A DNA stretch of 64,000 bases, taken from positions 57,102,001 to 57,166,000 of the forward strand of contig NC_042999.1 of the NCBI RefSeq assembly GCF_006345805.1. The letters are read 5' to 3'. Below are positions 22,383-35,612 of this stretch, in pieces. A program made the translations under genes and the position numbers. The stretch comes from Octopus sinensis. Taxonomy: Eukaryota. The notes under the pieces are model-generated. The model saw only the letters and a program-made list of their open reading frames with translations. It had not been told where the DNA came from and searched no databases. The first letter of the stretch is position 1. The number at the start of each line of letters is the position of its first letter.

Positions 22383-25370
22383 CAGACACAAAAAATCCAA
22401 GCCCCCTGCAACAGTCAAAACCAGCCACTACACTAACCTCCACATTTCTACTCAATGCACAAGGTGTCAGCCCTTCCATCAATGCACAAAAATGGAAGGT
22501 CCAATTCATTGAAGACTGGGTTGGTAACCATCCACACCACATCCCTTTCTTCATTCTCACTGAGACCCACCTTGACAACTCCCACTTGGAAGCCAAAGTG
22601 AGAGTGAAGAATTTCACAACCATCCGCGCGGATCGTGTCGGCAGAAGGAAGGGTGGAACTGCCATTTTCCTGCATGATTCGTTTACGGCAGATGGAAATA
22701 GCATATTCTCCAACGGCTACAGTGAATCAGTTACCGTGCACAACAAAGCCAATGACCTGACAGTAATTGGGCTCTATAGGCCGCCCCAAACACCCATACT
22801 GTGCTTTAAAGAATGCCTCAACAGCATTAAGTGCTTTATTCAACAGTGCCATTCTAGCAACCTACTCATGATGGGAGACTTCAATCTACCCTGTGTTGAC
22901 TGGACTACAAACTGTTTGAAACCAAGCACTTCCGCCTCAACCGCTGACTAAGAAGCAGTAGAGTCACTTTTCGACTTTATGAATGAGTTTTTTTTGTCCC
23001 AACTTGTCCTTGCACCAACAAGACATCAGAAGAACATTTTGGACCTAGTGTTTAGTAACCACACTAACACTATACATAACATTACAGTGGAAAAACCCTT
23101 CTTTCAGACCATGACATGGTTCTCTGTAACATGAAATTTCACCAGCCGAAAGCTAATCCTAGTGACCTCCCTCCAGCCCACCCATTTGATAACATGGATC
23201 TCCATAATGCCAACTGGGATGCAATCAGGAATGAGCTATCACATGTTGACTGGTCCTTTACACATACACACATCTCCACCAACCATAAAACATCTTGGCA
23301 GATCTTTGTAGACACCGTCACAGACATATGTGCAAAACACTCCCCACCAAGACCTGTGAACAAAAAGTGCAGAATCCCCCAAAACAGAAAAACTATTATC
23401 AGAAAAATAAAAAGAACAAACAAAATTAACAAACTAAAGTACTGCCAACAGCAACACACACATTCGACGGCTATCGCACTGCTTGAATCCAAAAAATAGA
23501 ACCTCCACAATGCATGAAGACCCTCATCAATAACCAAAGATCAGCTGAGGAGAAGTGGGCCATTGAAAAAATCAAACTCAACCCCAAAAGTTTCTTTTCA
23601 TTTGCGAGGAAACACAGGGTCACTGTCTCCATTGTTGGCCCTCTAATTGATGAAACTGGCACTCTCCAAGATAATGTCAAATCCATGGCCGAGATACTGC
23701 AGAAACAATACTGCTCTGTTTTCAGCAATCCTGATATGGCCGATCTGGGCTGTATCAGTGATGTCAACCCCCAACACACTATATTGGACATAACGTTTGG
23801 TGCCCCTAATATCTTAGCGGCGATAAACGAAATAAAACACAATTCAGCAGTAGGCCCCGATAGGTTCCCTGCTTGTGTCCTGAAGGTGTGTCGACACCAA
23901 CTTGCATCTCCCCTTGCTAATCTGTGGAGAAACTCACTGGATGCTGGCTATATTCCAAAAAACCTTCTGTCCCAGTTTTCAAAAAGGGAAACAAGTTCCT
24001 TGCAGTGAACTACCGTCCGATCTCACTCACCTCTCATATCATCAAGGTATTTGAGAGGGTGGTGAGATCTCGAATAACCCAATTTCTGGAAAGCAACAGA
24101 GGGCTGATCTCTAATCAACATGGGTTCCATAATGGAAGGGACTGCCTAACGCAGCTCCTGCATCACTTTGATGACATTTTGAGAGCTATGGAAGAGGACT
24201 CCAACACCGATGTCATCTACCTTGATTTCAGTAAGGCCTTCGACAGGGTTGATCACAAGATCCCATTGAAAAAACTATCCAACATTGGTGTCTCTGGAAA
24301 GTTACTGAAATGGATCAAGTGTTTCTTGACAGACAGATCTCAACATGTTGTAGTTGAAGGGGTAAAATCAAGCCCAGCCAAAGTCAGTAGTGGCGTTCCG
24401 CAAGGCACTGTACTGGGCCCACTTCTTTTCATTATCTACATTAATGACATTAATGACATCATCAAGCACAGCAACATAAAAATCTTTGCAGATGATTCCA
24501 AGCTACAGAAGGTCATAAATGAGGCGAGTGACCGGACATGCCTTCAGTCAGATCTACTGGCTGTTATCCAATGGGCAGAAAAAAACAATATGCTGCTGAA
24601 CGAGGATAAATTTGAGTTAATCCACTTTGGAAAAGAGGATGCCCTGAACTCCCATACTCCCTTCCTTCAGGTGAAACTCTCGTGGCATCCAACAACATCA
24701 GAGACTTGGGAGTAATTGTGGACAACAACATAAGCTGGGCCACTCATATAAACACCAAAGTTGACATGGCCCGCAGAATGTGTTCCTGGATTCTCAGAAC
24801 TTTCCAGTCGAGAGATATCCACACCATTATCCTTATCTTCTCCACTTTTGCCCGACCCCACCTTGAATACTGTTGTCCACTGTGGTCTCCCCACACAAAA
24901 CAAAGTATCATAAAGTTGAAGCACCTCAAAGGGCAATCACAAAAAAGATAGATGGCATGACAGGCCTCGACTATTGGGGTCGACTAGAAAAGCTAAAACT
25001 TTATTCTCTCCAACGTCGCCGTGAGCGCTACATCATCTGCATGATGTGGAAAATATTCCATCAGCATTGCCCAAATGATGTTGGCATCACCTTTAAGGTA
25101 CATCCAAGGATTGGGCCCCGTGTCATCCGCCCAAAACAAAAATCGCACTCTCATCTCATAACAACAATATGGCACAATTATTTTACCTCAATTGGCCCCG
25201 CTCTCTTTAACATTACACCAAAACACATTAAAACAGAAACAGACTCTATAGGGTTCAAGAAGTCTTTGGACAGATTCCTTCAAGAAATCCCGGATAAACC
25301 CCCTACACCCGGATATGTCTCTGTAAACAATAACTCTCTACTTGAGTGGGCCATAGTGTCCAAATTCTGA
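22352..25370 (+). pseudogene. CR1 ORF2 (APE endonuclease + reverse transcriptase), disrupted
   Basis: Pieces of the ORF track at 22352-22951, 23116-23499, 23514-24008, 23924-24715, 24682-24951 and 24873-25370 together rebuild APE-RT. Confidence 0.92.
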
Positions 25371-25444
25371 CTTGAAAGACTTCACCAGGTGGTGCTATTA
25401 AGTTAGACATGGCCTGGGCCAATAATGGCCGAAACCTATCAAAG

Positions 25445-25555
25445 TATCAAAGTATATATACATACATACATATATATTTAAATATATATGTATACACACA
25501 CACATATATATAATATATATAGTACATATATATATATATAATACATATAATATAT

Positions 25556-25587
<32 letters not shown>

Positions 25588-26747
25588 ATACATATATATA
25601 TATATAATACATATATATATATATATATATAATACATATATATATTATATACATATATATATATATATAATACATATATATATATATATATAATACATAT
25701 ATATATATATAATACATATATATATATATATATAATACATATATATATTATATAATACATATATATATAATATTATATACATATATATATATATAATACA
25801 TATATATATATATATAATACATATATATATATATATAATACATATATATATATATATATATAATACATTATTATATATATATATATATATAATACATATT
25901 ATATGTGGGTTCTTTAAAACTAAACTGGATCTCTTCTTGTTGGGAGTCCCAGATGAACCTACCTCACGACAGGAGACACGATGCGGGCAGCAGCATCGAA
26001 CTCCCTTGTTGATCAAGTGCCACGTACAGAGGTGGATTCACAAACTAGTGTGGCTCATTCAGCGGTGGTGCCCCAGCATGGCCGCGGCTTCGGGCTAAAA
26101 CATTTTTAAGGATTTAAGGATTATATATATATAATAATACATATATATATATATATATAATACATATATATATATATATAATAATACTATATATATATAA
26201 TACATATATATATATATATAATACAATATATATATATAATACATATATATATATATATATAATACATATAATATATATATATATATACACATCTATAATA
26301 TATATATATATAATAATATAATATATATATATTATATATAATACATATATATAATATATAATACATATATAATTATTATACATATATATTATATATATAT
26401 AATACATATATATATATATAATACATATAATATATATAATATATACATATATATATATATATAATACATATATATATATATATAATACATATATATATAT
26501 ATATATATAATACATATATTATATATAATAATAATACATATATATATATAATAATACATATATATATATAATACATATATATATATAATACATATATATA
26601 TATATATAATACATTATATATATATACATATATATATAATATATAATACATATATATATATATATATATATAATCATATATATATATATAATACATATAT
26701 ATATATATATATAATACATATACATATATATATATATTATATATATA

Positions 26748-26798
<51 letters not shown>

Positions 26799-26935
26799 AT
26801 ACATATATATATATATAATACATATATATATATAATACATATATACATATATATAATACATATATATAATACATATATATAATACATATATATATATTAA
26901 TACATATATATAATACATATATATATATATAACAT

Positions 26936-26969
<34 letters not shown>

Positions 26970-27958
26970 ATATATATATATATATCCCAAATATATATAG
27001 ATATATACATACAAATATATATATATATACATACAAATATATATATATATACATACATATATATATACATAACATACATATTATATACATACATATATAT
27101 ATACATATATATAACATACATATAATATATAACATACATATATATATATATATAATAATATACATACTATATATATATATAATCCTATATATATATCTAT
27201 CATACATATATATATATATAATACATATATATCTATATATATAATACCTATATATATAGATATCATACATATAATATATAACCTACATTATATATATATC
27301 ATACATACTACTCATATATATAATACATATATCTATATCTACATCTATCTATATCTATAAATACATATCCTATATATCTATATATATATATAATACATAT
27401 ATATCTATATCTCTAATACCTACTATATATATATTATATAATACATATACCATATATATCTATTATATATAATAATAATATCTATCTCTATATATATAAT
27501 ACATAATATATATATATATAATACAATATATATATATATAATACATATATATATACTAATACATATATACATATATATAATATAATATAATACATATAGA
27601 TAATACATATATATATCTATAATACATCTATATACGCCATCTATATATATAGATATCCTATAATATATAGATTATATATCTATAATATATATAATCTATC
27701 ATCCACTATATATATATATTACCTACAAATATATATATTACCTACCTATATATATATTACATACATCATATATCTACCATATACATACATATATATATAC
27801 ATACATATATAATATACTATATATATCATACATTATATCTCCTAAATACTTATATCTATCTATAGTATATATATATACATACATATATATATAGATATAC
27901 ATACATATATATATATACTATCTATATACGTATATATTTAAATATATACAGGTTTATA

Positions 27959-27993
<35 letters not shown>

Positions 27994-28090
27994 TACATAC
28001 ATACCTATATATAATACACACACAATACATACATACATATATATATAATATATACAGACAAACATATACATATATATATGCACACTTACA
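25445..28090. repeat. ~2.6-kb TA-rich microsatellite/minisatellite field (unit about (TA)nATAC)
   Basis: Direct inspection. Interrupted at 25905-26122 and increasingly irregular after about 27200. Confidence 0.95.
25905..26122 (+). mobile_element. 3' end of a second CR1-type LINE
   Basis: Translates FKTKLDLFLLGVPDEP, homologous to FKKSLDRFLQEIPDKP of the large CR1. Ends GGTGGTGCCCCAGCATGGCC...(TTTAAGGA)2. Confidence 0.75.
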
Positions 28091-28379
28091 CCTAGAGAGA
28101 AAGAGAGAGAGGGGGAAAGAAAGAGACAGACAGATAGGCAAACAGACATATGTAATGATTTTGTGAGGTTTACTGCATTAAACATTTACATGATCCATAC
28201 ATGTGTGTGTGTGTATATATATATATATAAGCAAATAACCAAGACAGAGAATATATAGAGCAATGTGTTTGCCTTTGAACCTCTATGCATATTCTATCTC
28301 AAGCACATCTGTCTATGAGGGCTGTTGAAGCCATTTAAGTGCAGTGTTGAAGAATGTAAGCAGACCTAAAATTCCATAG

Positions 28380-28555
28380 ATTTCAGACAATTATTCTTAT
28401 TCATCATTCATAACTGACAATGTTTAAAGTTCCTGTTTGCTTTTGGTGTTTTGTGGTTGTGAAGCAAGTAGGGGAGATGGGGGTAAGGGCTACTTTCTAT
28501 TTTTGGAATCTCTGCCAAGTAAGTGTGTGTGTGGCGTGAAAGTTATATAGTATTC

Positions 28556-28643
<88 letters not shown>

Positions 28644-28756
28644 AATTTGCTATGATGATTCGGTGTCTGACTGAAGATTGAAGGCTTCGAATGATTTGTC
28701 TGTGTTCCGTGTTCGTCCCTTCCTGTATTTCACGTTCATTATATATAAAAACATTC

Positions 28757-28795
<39 letters not shown>

Positions 28796-28900
28796 TTATA
28801 TGTGTGCGTATAATGTGTGTGTGTGCATATGTGTAAAATGTGTATTTGTGCCTGTGTATATACATATACACACATGTATGTATATATACATAATAGAAAC

Positions 28901-28937
<37 letters not shown>

Positions 28938-28942
28938 GAAAC

Positions 28943-29006
<64 letters not shown>

Positions 29007-29149
29007 TGTGTATATATATATTTCAGACAATTATTCTTATTCATCATTCATAACTGACAATGTTTAAAGTTCCTGTTTGCTTTTGGTGCTTTGTGGTTGT
29101 GAAGCAAGTAGGGGAGATGGGGGTAAGGGCTACTTTCTATTTTTGGAAT
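28380..29149 (+). repeat. 130-bp direct repeat (28380-28509 and 29020-29149)
   Basis: Near-identical copies (one substitution seen) 640 bp apart. Confidence 0.9.
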
Positions 29150-29419
29150 ATTTGACTTAAAATAAGTTGACAAATTCTAACATGAGGTACAATTAAGTTA
29201 GACATGATTTGGACCAACTTTCGTTAGAACTTAGTAAATAGGAAGACAGACAAATTACTAATTTCTTCAGGGAGATGGCTCTGCTCAATATGTAAAAAAA
29301 GGTGTGGGTAGAAATTTCATACTGTGTACCCAATGCAAGGTATGTACACATAAAAGGTTCAGGAGTATCACAGGAAGGTTAACAGAGAAAGTGTGAGACA
29401 GATGTGAAGGTAAATTAGA

Positions 29420-29586
29420 TAGGCACAGGAGCGGCTGGGTGTTAAGTAGCTTGCTTACCAGCCACATGGTTCTGGGTTCAGTCCCATTGCATGGCACCTT
29501 GAGCAAGTGTCTTCTACTATAGCCTCGGGCTGACCAAAGCCTTGTGAGTGGATTTGGTAGACAGAAACTCAAAGAAGCCCATTGTA

Positions 29587-29651
<65 letters not shown>

Positions 29652-31732
29652 AGGTTTGGAGATGATGTACAGGTATTATATATTAGAAGAAATGAGGTAA
29701 TCAGAAGATTGGATGGTTTATATTTACAGATATTTATTTATATATAACATTTTACATATATATATCATATCACTTAGATCATTAGTGCTTTCTCCCATTC
29801 TAGTGGGGTTTTCAAATCAAACTAAGTTCCTGTGTGGGGAATTTTAATAATTTTATAGAGTTTTGTAGTGGTGGGGAGGAATATAAGACAGTACAAGAGG
29901 ATGAGATGGATGAGGAGAAAGTGAGAGAAAGAACATGTGTGTGTGTGTGTGTTTGTATCTGAGATGAGTGCTAAAGAGAAAGAGGGGAAGGGAGAGGGAA
30001 GAAGGAGGAAAGAAATGTTTTGGTCTGCTGGATAGAATATTGACTCCAAGGGGGTTCTAAGAATTTCAGCTTTGACCACTTCATAGTGTAACTGAGTGTG
30101 TGGTGGCGGGGGGGGGGGGAGACAGGCCATAAATTATATTTCTTTTTATCATTGTGAGGATGGTTAAATGCTTTTTTGGGTTTAAGAATTCTTTCCACTT
30201 TTTATGATTGTTTTGTGGAGGTGTGTGTGTGTGTGTGTGTCTGTGTGTGTTTGTGTGTGTGTGTGTGGTGTTTGTATCTGAGATGAGTGCTAAAGAGAAA
30301 GAGGGGAAGGGAGAGGGAAGAAGGAGGAAAGAAATGTTTTGGTCTGCTGGATAGAATATTGACTCCAAGGGGGTTCTAAGAATTTCAGCTTTGACCACTT
30401 CATAGTGTAACTGAGTGTGTGGTGGCGGGGGGGGGAGACAGGCCATAAATTATATTTCTTTTTATCATTGTGAGGATGGTTAAATGCTTTTTTGGGTTTA
30501 AGAATTCTTTCCACTTTTTATGATTGTTTTGTGGAGGTGTGTGTGTGTGTGTGTCTGTGTGTGTTTGTGTGTGTGTGTGTGTGTGTGTATGCGTGTGTGT
30601 GTGTGTGTGTGTGTCTGTGTGTTTGGAGAAGGGAAGAGAGACAAAAAAGAAAAAGAAAAATAAGGGAGGAAGGGGAAAAAATTGTGTTGATACCTATACC
30701 ACTATATATGTATACATGCCTATACATGAAATATTAGAAACCAAATCACACCATCTTGAAAATTGTATATCATAGGAAAGTTAAAATTAAAGTGACAATT
30801 AAAAAGTAAAGATGAAGTAAATTATAAAAATTATATAATGTATATAACAGGCAATATATATATATACACACACACACATATACTAAATGTTCTACTATAT
30901 TAGATTGTAAATCGAAAGATGTGTCCTTCAATGTCACTATATATATATATACATGCTTATACATGATATATTAGAATCGATTTTGAATCGATAAAAGTTT
31001 TTTTTCCTAATATTTCATGTATAGGCATGTATACATATATAGTTGTATAGGTATCAACACAATTTTTTCCCCTTCCTCCCTTATTTTTCTTTTTCTTTTT
31101 TGTCTCTCTTCCCTTCTCCAAACACACAGACACACAGACACACACACACACACACACACGCATACACACACACACACACACACAAACACACACAGACACA
31201 CACACACAGCCCTCCACAAAACAATCATAAAAAGTGGAAAGAATTCTTAAACCCAAAAAAGCATTTAACCATCCTCACAATGATAAAAAGAAATATAATT
31301 TATGGCCTGTCTCCCCCCCACCGCCACCACACACTCAGTGACACTATGAAGTGGTCAAAGCTGAAATTCTTAGAACCCCCTTGGAGTCAATATTCTGTCC
31401 AGCAGACCAAAACATTTCTTTCCTCCTTCTTCCCTCTCCCTCCCCCTCTTTCTCTTTTGCACTCATCTCAGATACAAACACACACACACACACATGTTCT
31501 TTCTCTCACTTTCTCCTCATCCATCTCATCCTCTTGTACTGTCTTATATTCCTCCCCACCACTACAAAACTCTATAAAATGATTAAAATTCCCCACACAG
31601 GAACTTAGTTTGATTTGAAAACCCCACTAGAATGGGAGAAAGCACTAATGATCTAAGTGATATGATATATATATAAAAAATGTAATATATAAATAAATAT
31701 CTGTGGATCTTCTGATTACCTCATTTCTTCTA

Positions 31733-31774
<42 letters not shown>

Positions 31775-31990
31775 ATGCTTGTGTGTCTGTGTTTGTCCCC
31801 ACCAATATCGTTTGACAACTGATGGTGATGTGTTTATGTCCCTGTCACTTAGTGGTTTGGCAAAAGAGACAGATAGAATAAGTACTAGGCTTACAAAGTA
31901 TAAGTCCTGGGGTTGATTTGCTTGACTAAAGGCAGTGCTCTAGCATGGCCACAGTCAAATGACTAAAACAAGTAAAAGAGAAAAGAGATA
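29420..31990 (+). mobile_element. SINE A copy whose halves (29420-29585 and 31770-31990) are separated by a 2.1-kb palindromic block
   Basis: The 5' half ends in (TA)n, and the 3' half resumes after (TA)(TG)n at about 31740. Confidence 0.65.
29677..31740. repeat. Long inverted duplication (arms about 29677-30737 and 31007-31740; spacer about 270 bp); left arm has an internal 319-bp tandem duplication
   Basis: Identical peptides appear on opposite strands in the ORF track (e.g. MKWSKLKFLEPPWSQYS). TTTGTATCTGAGATGAGTGC occurs at 29952 and 30271. Confidence 0.92.
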
Positions 31991-32019
31991 AAAGGAGACT
32001 ATAAATGTACAGAAAACAG

Positions 32020-32600
32020 GCTTCTTCAAATGTTTGGGGGATCCTTAGAAGTCATTACCTAGACAACCAAGTTGGCAGTTGAGGCAGATGTTCTGAAAGC
32101 AGAGATGCTAGACTAAGAACAGGCTGAGTAAAGTTGTTGGTAACAAAGGGCCTCTCAGAGTGAAAGGCAAATTGTACGATGCCTATGTATGAACAGCTAT
32201 GCTACATGGCAGTGAAACATGAGCTGTGACAATAGAGGACATATGAAAGCTTGAAAGAAATGATCCATGTATGCTCTGCTGGGTGGTTAATGTCAGTGTG
32301 CATGTATGACAGAGTATAAATAACTTAAGAAAATAACTGGGTATACAATGTATCAGATGTAGTGTGCAAGAGAGAAGACTGTGCTGGTATGGTCATGAGA
32401 TGTGTATGAATGAGGACAGCTAGATAAAGAAGTGCTGATCACTAACTGTGGAGGGAACCTGTGGAAGACGTGGGATGAAGTGGTGAGTAATGATTTTCAG
32501 ATGTAGGGCCACACAGAAGAGATGACAAGGAACCAAAACTTCTGGCAATTTGCTGTGCTTGAGAAGATATGTCAAACTAAGTTAAAATCGTGGCCATCCA
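32020..32600 (+). mobile_element. Degenerate RTE LINE fragment (ORF C-terminus)
   Basis: Homologous to 2190-2780 (…AAAGGCAAATTGTACGATGCC…CTACATGGCAGTGAAACATG…), with many stops. Confidence 0.75.
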
Positions 32601-32948
32601 TACATACAGGTATGTCCTTTACAGTCAGGACTGCCCTCCCCACCACTCACTGCAGGTACCCCCCCCCCCCGTGTGCTTATCTGCACACTCTCTATGTCCT
32701 CACACGTCTGCCACACCCAAATCCTAGCCACTCCAATTTTTTCTCACTGCCACTTGCTACAGATATATCTCCCTCATCACTAAACATCTTCCCTCACATT
32801 CTTATGGAATACCCCTCTAACCCTTCTGTACTGCTTATACTCTCCCAGCCAGTATTCCTGTGAGTAGGTCCCAAATAAATTTCCAACACTATTTACTTTA
32901 CTCTTTCTCTCTCTCTCTCTCCTCTCTCTCACTCTCTCTCTCACTCTT

Positions 32949-32982
<34 letters not shown>

Positions 32983-33302
32983 ATTCTCTCTCAACTTGGA
33001 GGTCTCCATCTTGCAAGCTATTTGGTGACCTCACTAGTGCTGGTGCCACAAAAAACCCCCTGTTCTGGTGGCATGTAAAAAGCCTCTGAACTGGTGTCAT
33101 AAAAAGTATCCAGCACACTCTGTAGAGTAATTGGTTAGGAAAGGCATCCACCCATAGAGACTATGCCAAAACAGATGATTTGAGCCTGGTGTGGCTCTTC
33201 AGCCTGCCAGCTTCTGTCAACCATTCAACAGAACGGACATTAAATGAGATGATGACGATGATGATGGTGGTGATGATGATGATGATGGTGTGTGTGTATG
33301 TA

Positions 33303-33344
<42 letters not shown>

Positions 33345-33650
33345 ACTATTCATTTAGTCATTATTTTTGCATTGTTTGGTGGAGGGAAAGTCTTTTTGTG
33401 TGTGTGTCTATTTTCAGTTGGCAAAAATAATTCAATCAACCATATTTTGGAGAACAGCTCATCAAGGTGGAAACGTATTAAGATAATGAAATAAAGCAGC
33501 AGAATTCAGTATTCATTGCACTTTTGCAAAACTACCATTCCATTACAATAGATTCAATGCAGTTTGTTAGGATTTTCGGATTTACTTGCTGATGTGTAAC
33601 ATGCACACACACACACACACAGATAGAGAGATAGATAGAGAGAGGGAGAG

Positions 33651-33683
<33 letters not shown>

Positions 33684-33709
33684 CTGACAGGCATAAACAC
33701 ATATGCATA

Positions 33710-33741
<32 letters not shown>

Positions 33742-33868
33742 ACTTACTTGGAAAAGGGTGCCTGGCGTTTGATCATATAATAATATAAATAAAATATAAA
33801 TATATGCATATATACATACATATGTACATATATGTATGTATATATGCATATATTTAAATATAATTTAT

Positions 33869-33926
<58 letters not shown>

Positions 33927-34060
33927 TATACATACATATATTTAAATATGTGTATATATATATATACATATACATATATCATCATCGTTTAACGTCCGTT
34001 CTCCATGATATATAGATATATATATATACATATATATATATACATATATATATATATGCA

Positions 34061-34098
<38 letters not shown>

Positions 34099-34108
34099 CA
34101 TACATATA

Positions 34109-34152
<44 letters not shown>

Positions 34153-34999
34153 TGCATATATATATATATATTTATATACATATAATATATACATATATGC
34201 ATATTCACATATATTTATATATATATATACATATATGCATATATACATATACACACACACACACACACATACACATATATATATATATATATATATATAT
34301 GTTTGTGTGTCTGAGTGTATATATATGTATGTACGTATATATGTTCAAATATGTACATGCACATATGTAGATATTTACACATGCACACACATACGCATGT
34401 ATATATTAGGAGAGAGAAACACACACTATATATATATGTATATTCATGATATAATCAGTTACTCCAGCAGTTACTTATGATGCTACATAATCCTGCTTCA
34501 TTTCTGTTTCTGCAGAAAATGCATTTTTTGAAAAGACAACAGTTGCAAATGTAATTTATAATCAGAAATGTGAAGAAATCAGCTGATTTTAGAAAATAGC
34601 ACTGGAAAATGACCAAAGTCAGTAAGCACTGCAGGATTTTCTGTGATTAATAATAAACTCAGATATCTGCAGGAAGACAGAGCAACGATGTTGTTCCATG
34701 AGAATGTGTTAGAACTACAGATATCTTTGATTTGTCTCTGTCATTGAATTGTGGCATTGGTGGGGCACCACCTTAGAGGGTGCAGTCAAACAAATCCAAC
34801 CCAGCACTTATTCTTTTAAAGTCTGGTGCTTATCTTATTGGTCTCTTTTGCTTAACTGCCAAGTTATGGCGATGACAAACCAACATTAGTTGTCAAGCAA
34901 TAATGGGAGACAAACACATTAACGTGCATACATATATGAGTGTGTGTGTATATATATATATGATGGACTCTCCTGTCGTTGGACGATGTATGAGAATTT

Positions 35000-35200
35000 T
35001 ATTTCTTTATTGCCCACAAGGGGTTAAACATAGAGGGGACAAGTAAGGACAGACAAAGGGATTAAGTCGATTACATCAAATCCAGTGCGTAACTGGTATT
35101 TAATTTATCGACCCCAAAAGGAATTTGAACTCAGAACATAAAGACAGACGAAATACTGCTAAGCATTTCACCCGGCTTGCTAACATTTCTGCCAGCTCAG
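35000..35200 (-). mobile_element. SINE family B
   Basis: Reverse complement of the 41444 head (CTGGCAGAAATGTTAGC...GAGTTCAAATTCC) with the alternative tail also seen at 6695. Confidence 0.8.
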
Positions 35201-35204
35201 TTTA

Positions 35205-35460
35205 ACAATTCCTTACCATACAACCACACAGATGATTTGTTTATTGTGAGCAAATGTTTGTGTAGACATAAGTTCACTCTCTCCATCAGATTAACATTAC
35301 CTGTACAGGTGCAACAGGTGCCATTTGTCAGATGTTGAAATGATTGCAGAGCAACATGAAATGAAGTGCTTTGCTCAAGAACACAAGCTAATGCCCATTC
35401 TGAGAATCAAACTCATAATCTTGCAACCATGAGTGCAACATCTTAACCACTAAGCCAGGT
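35205..35460 (-). mobile_element. tRNA-derived CORE-like SINE (family D)
   Basis: TGGCTTAGTGGTTAAG...GTTTGATTCTC...GTGTTCTTGAGCAAAGCACTTCATTTCATGTTGCTC. Related copies at about 19605-19760(+), 38215-38545(-), 38817-39147(-), 50100-50360(-). Confidence 0.6.
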
Positions 35461-35574
35461 ACATATATATATATATAACGGGAAGGTTTAGGAAAATAAA
35501 CAAAAGACGAAGGCAGCTGGAGTACAAACAAACAAATGTATTAGTATGGTGCTCAGGAATAGAAATAGAACAAG

Positions 35575-35612
35575 TCTTTTACGTTTCGAGCCTACGCTCT
35601 TTGACAGAAAGA
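35575..35612 (-). ncRNA. Degenerate minimal hammerhead motif
   Basis: TCTTT-CTGTCAA-A-GAGC-GTAG-GCTC-GAAACG-TA-AAAGA: 5-bp stem I and 4-bp stem II intact, core mutated. Confidence 0.5.

Larger units (their letters stand above)
21680..25452 (+). mobile_element. CR1-clade LINE, near full length, inactivated
   Basis: APE motifs (LNAQG, LTETHL, GLYRPP, MGDFNLP, ILDLVF, SDHDMV) and RT motifs (NYRPISLTS, QHGF, YLDFSKAFD, SGVPQGTVLGPLLF, FADD, RPHLEYCCPLWSP, LKLYSLQRRRERY). Stop at 22949 and several frameshifts. (ATCAAAGT)2 tail. Confidence 0.95.

Noticed and set aside
25398-28185. Many long ORFs of Y/I/M/C residues
   Set aside because: Translations of (TA)n-based repeats; no coding signal. The irregular stretch at about 27200-27900 may also be low-quality consensus sequence.
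28660-28705. CTGAAGA ... GAAT ... GTC hammerhead-like string
   Set aside because: GAAA is broken, and stems I and II do not pair convincingly.
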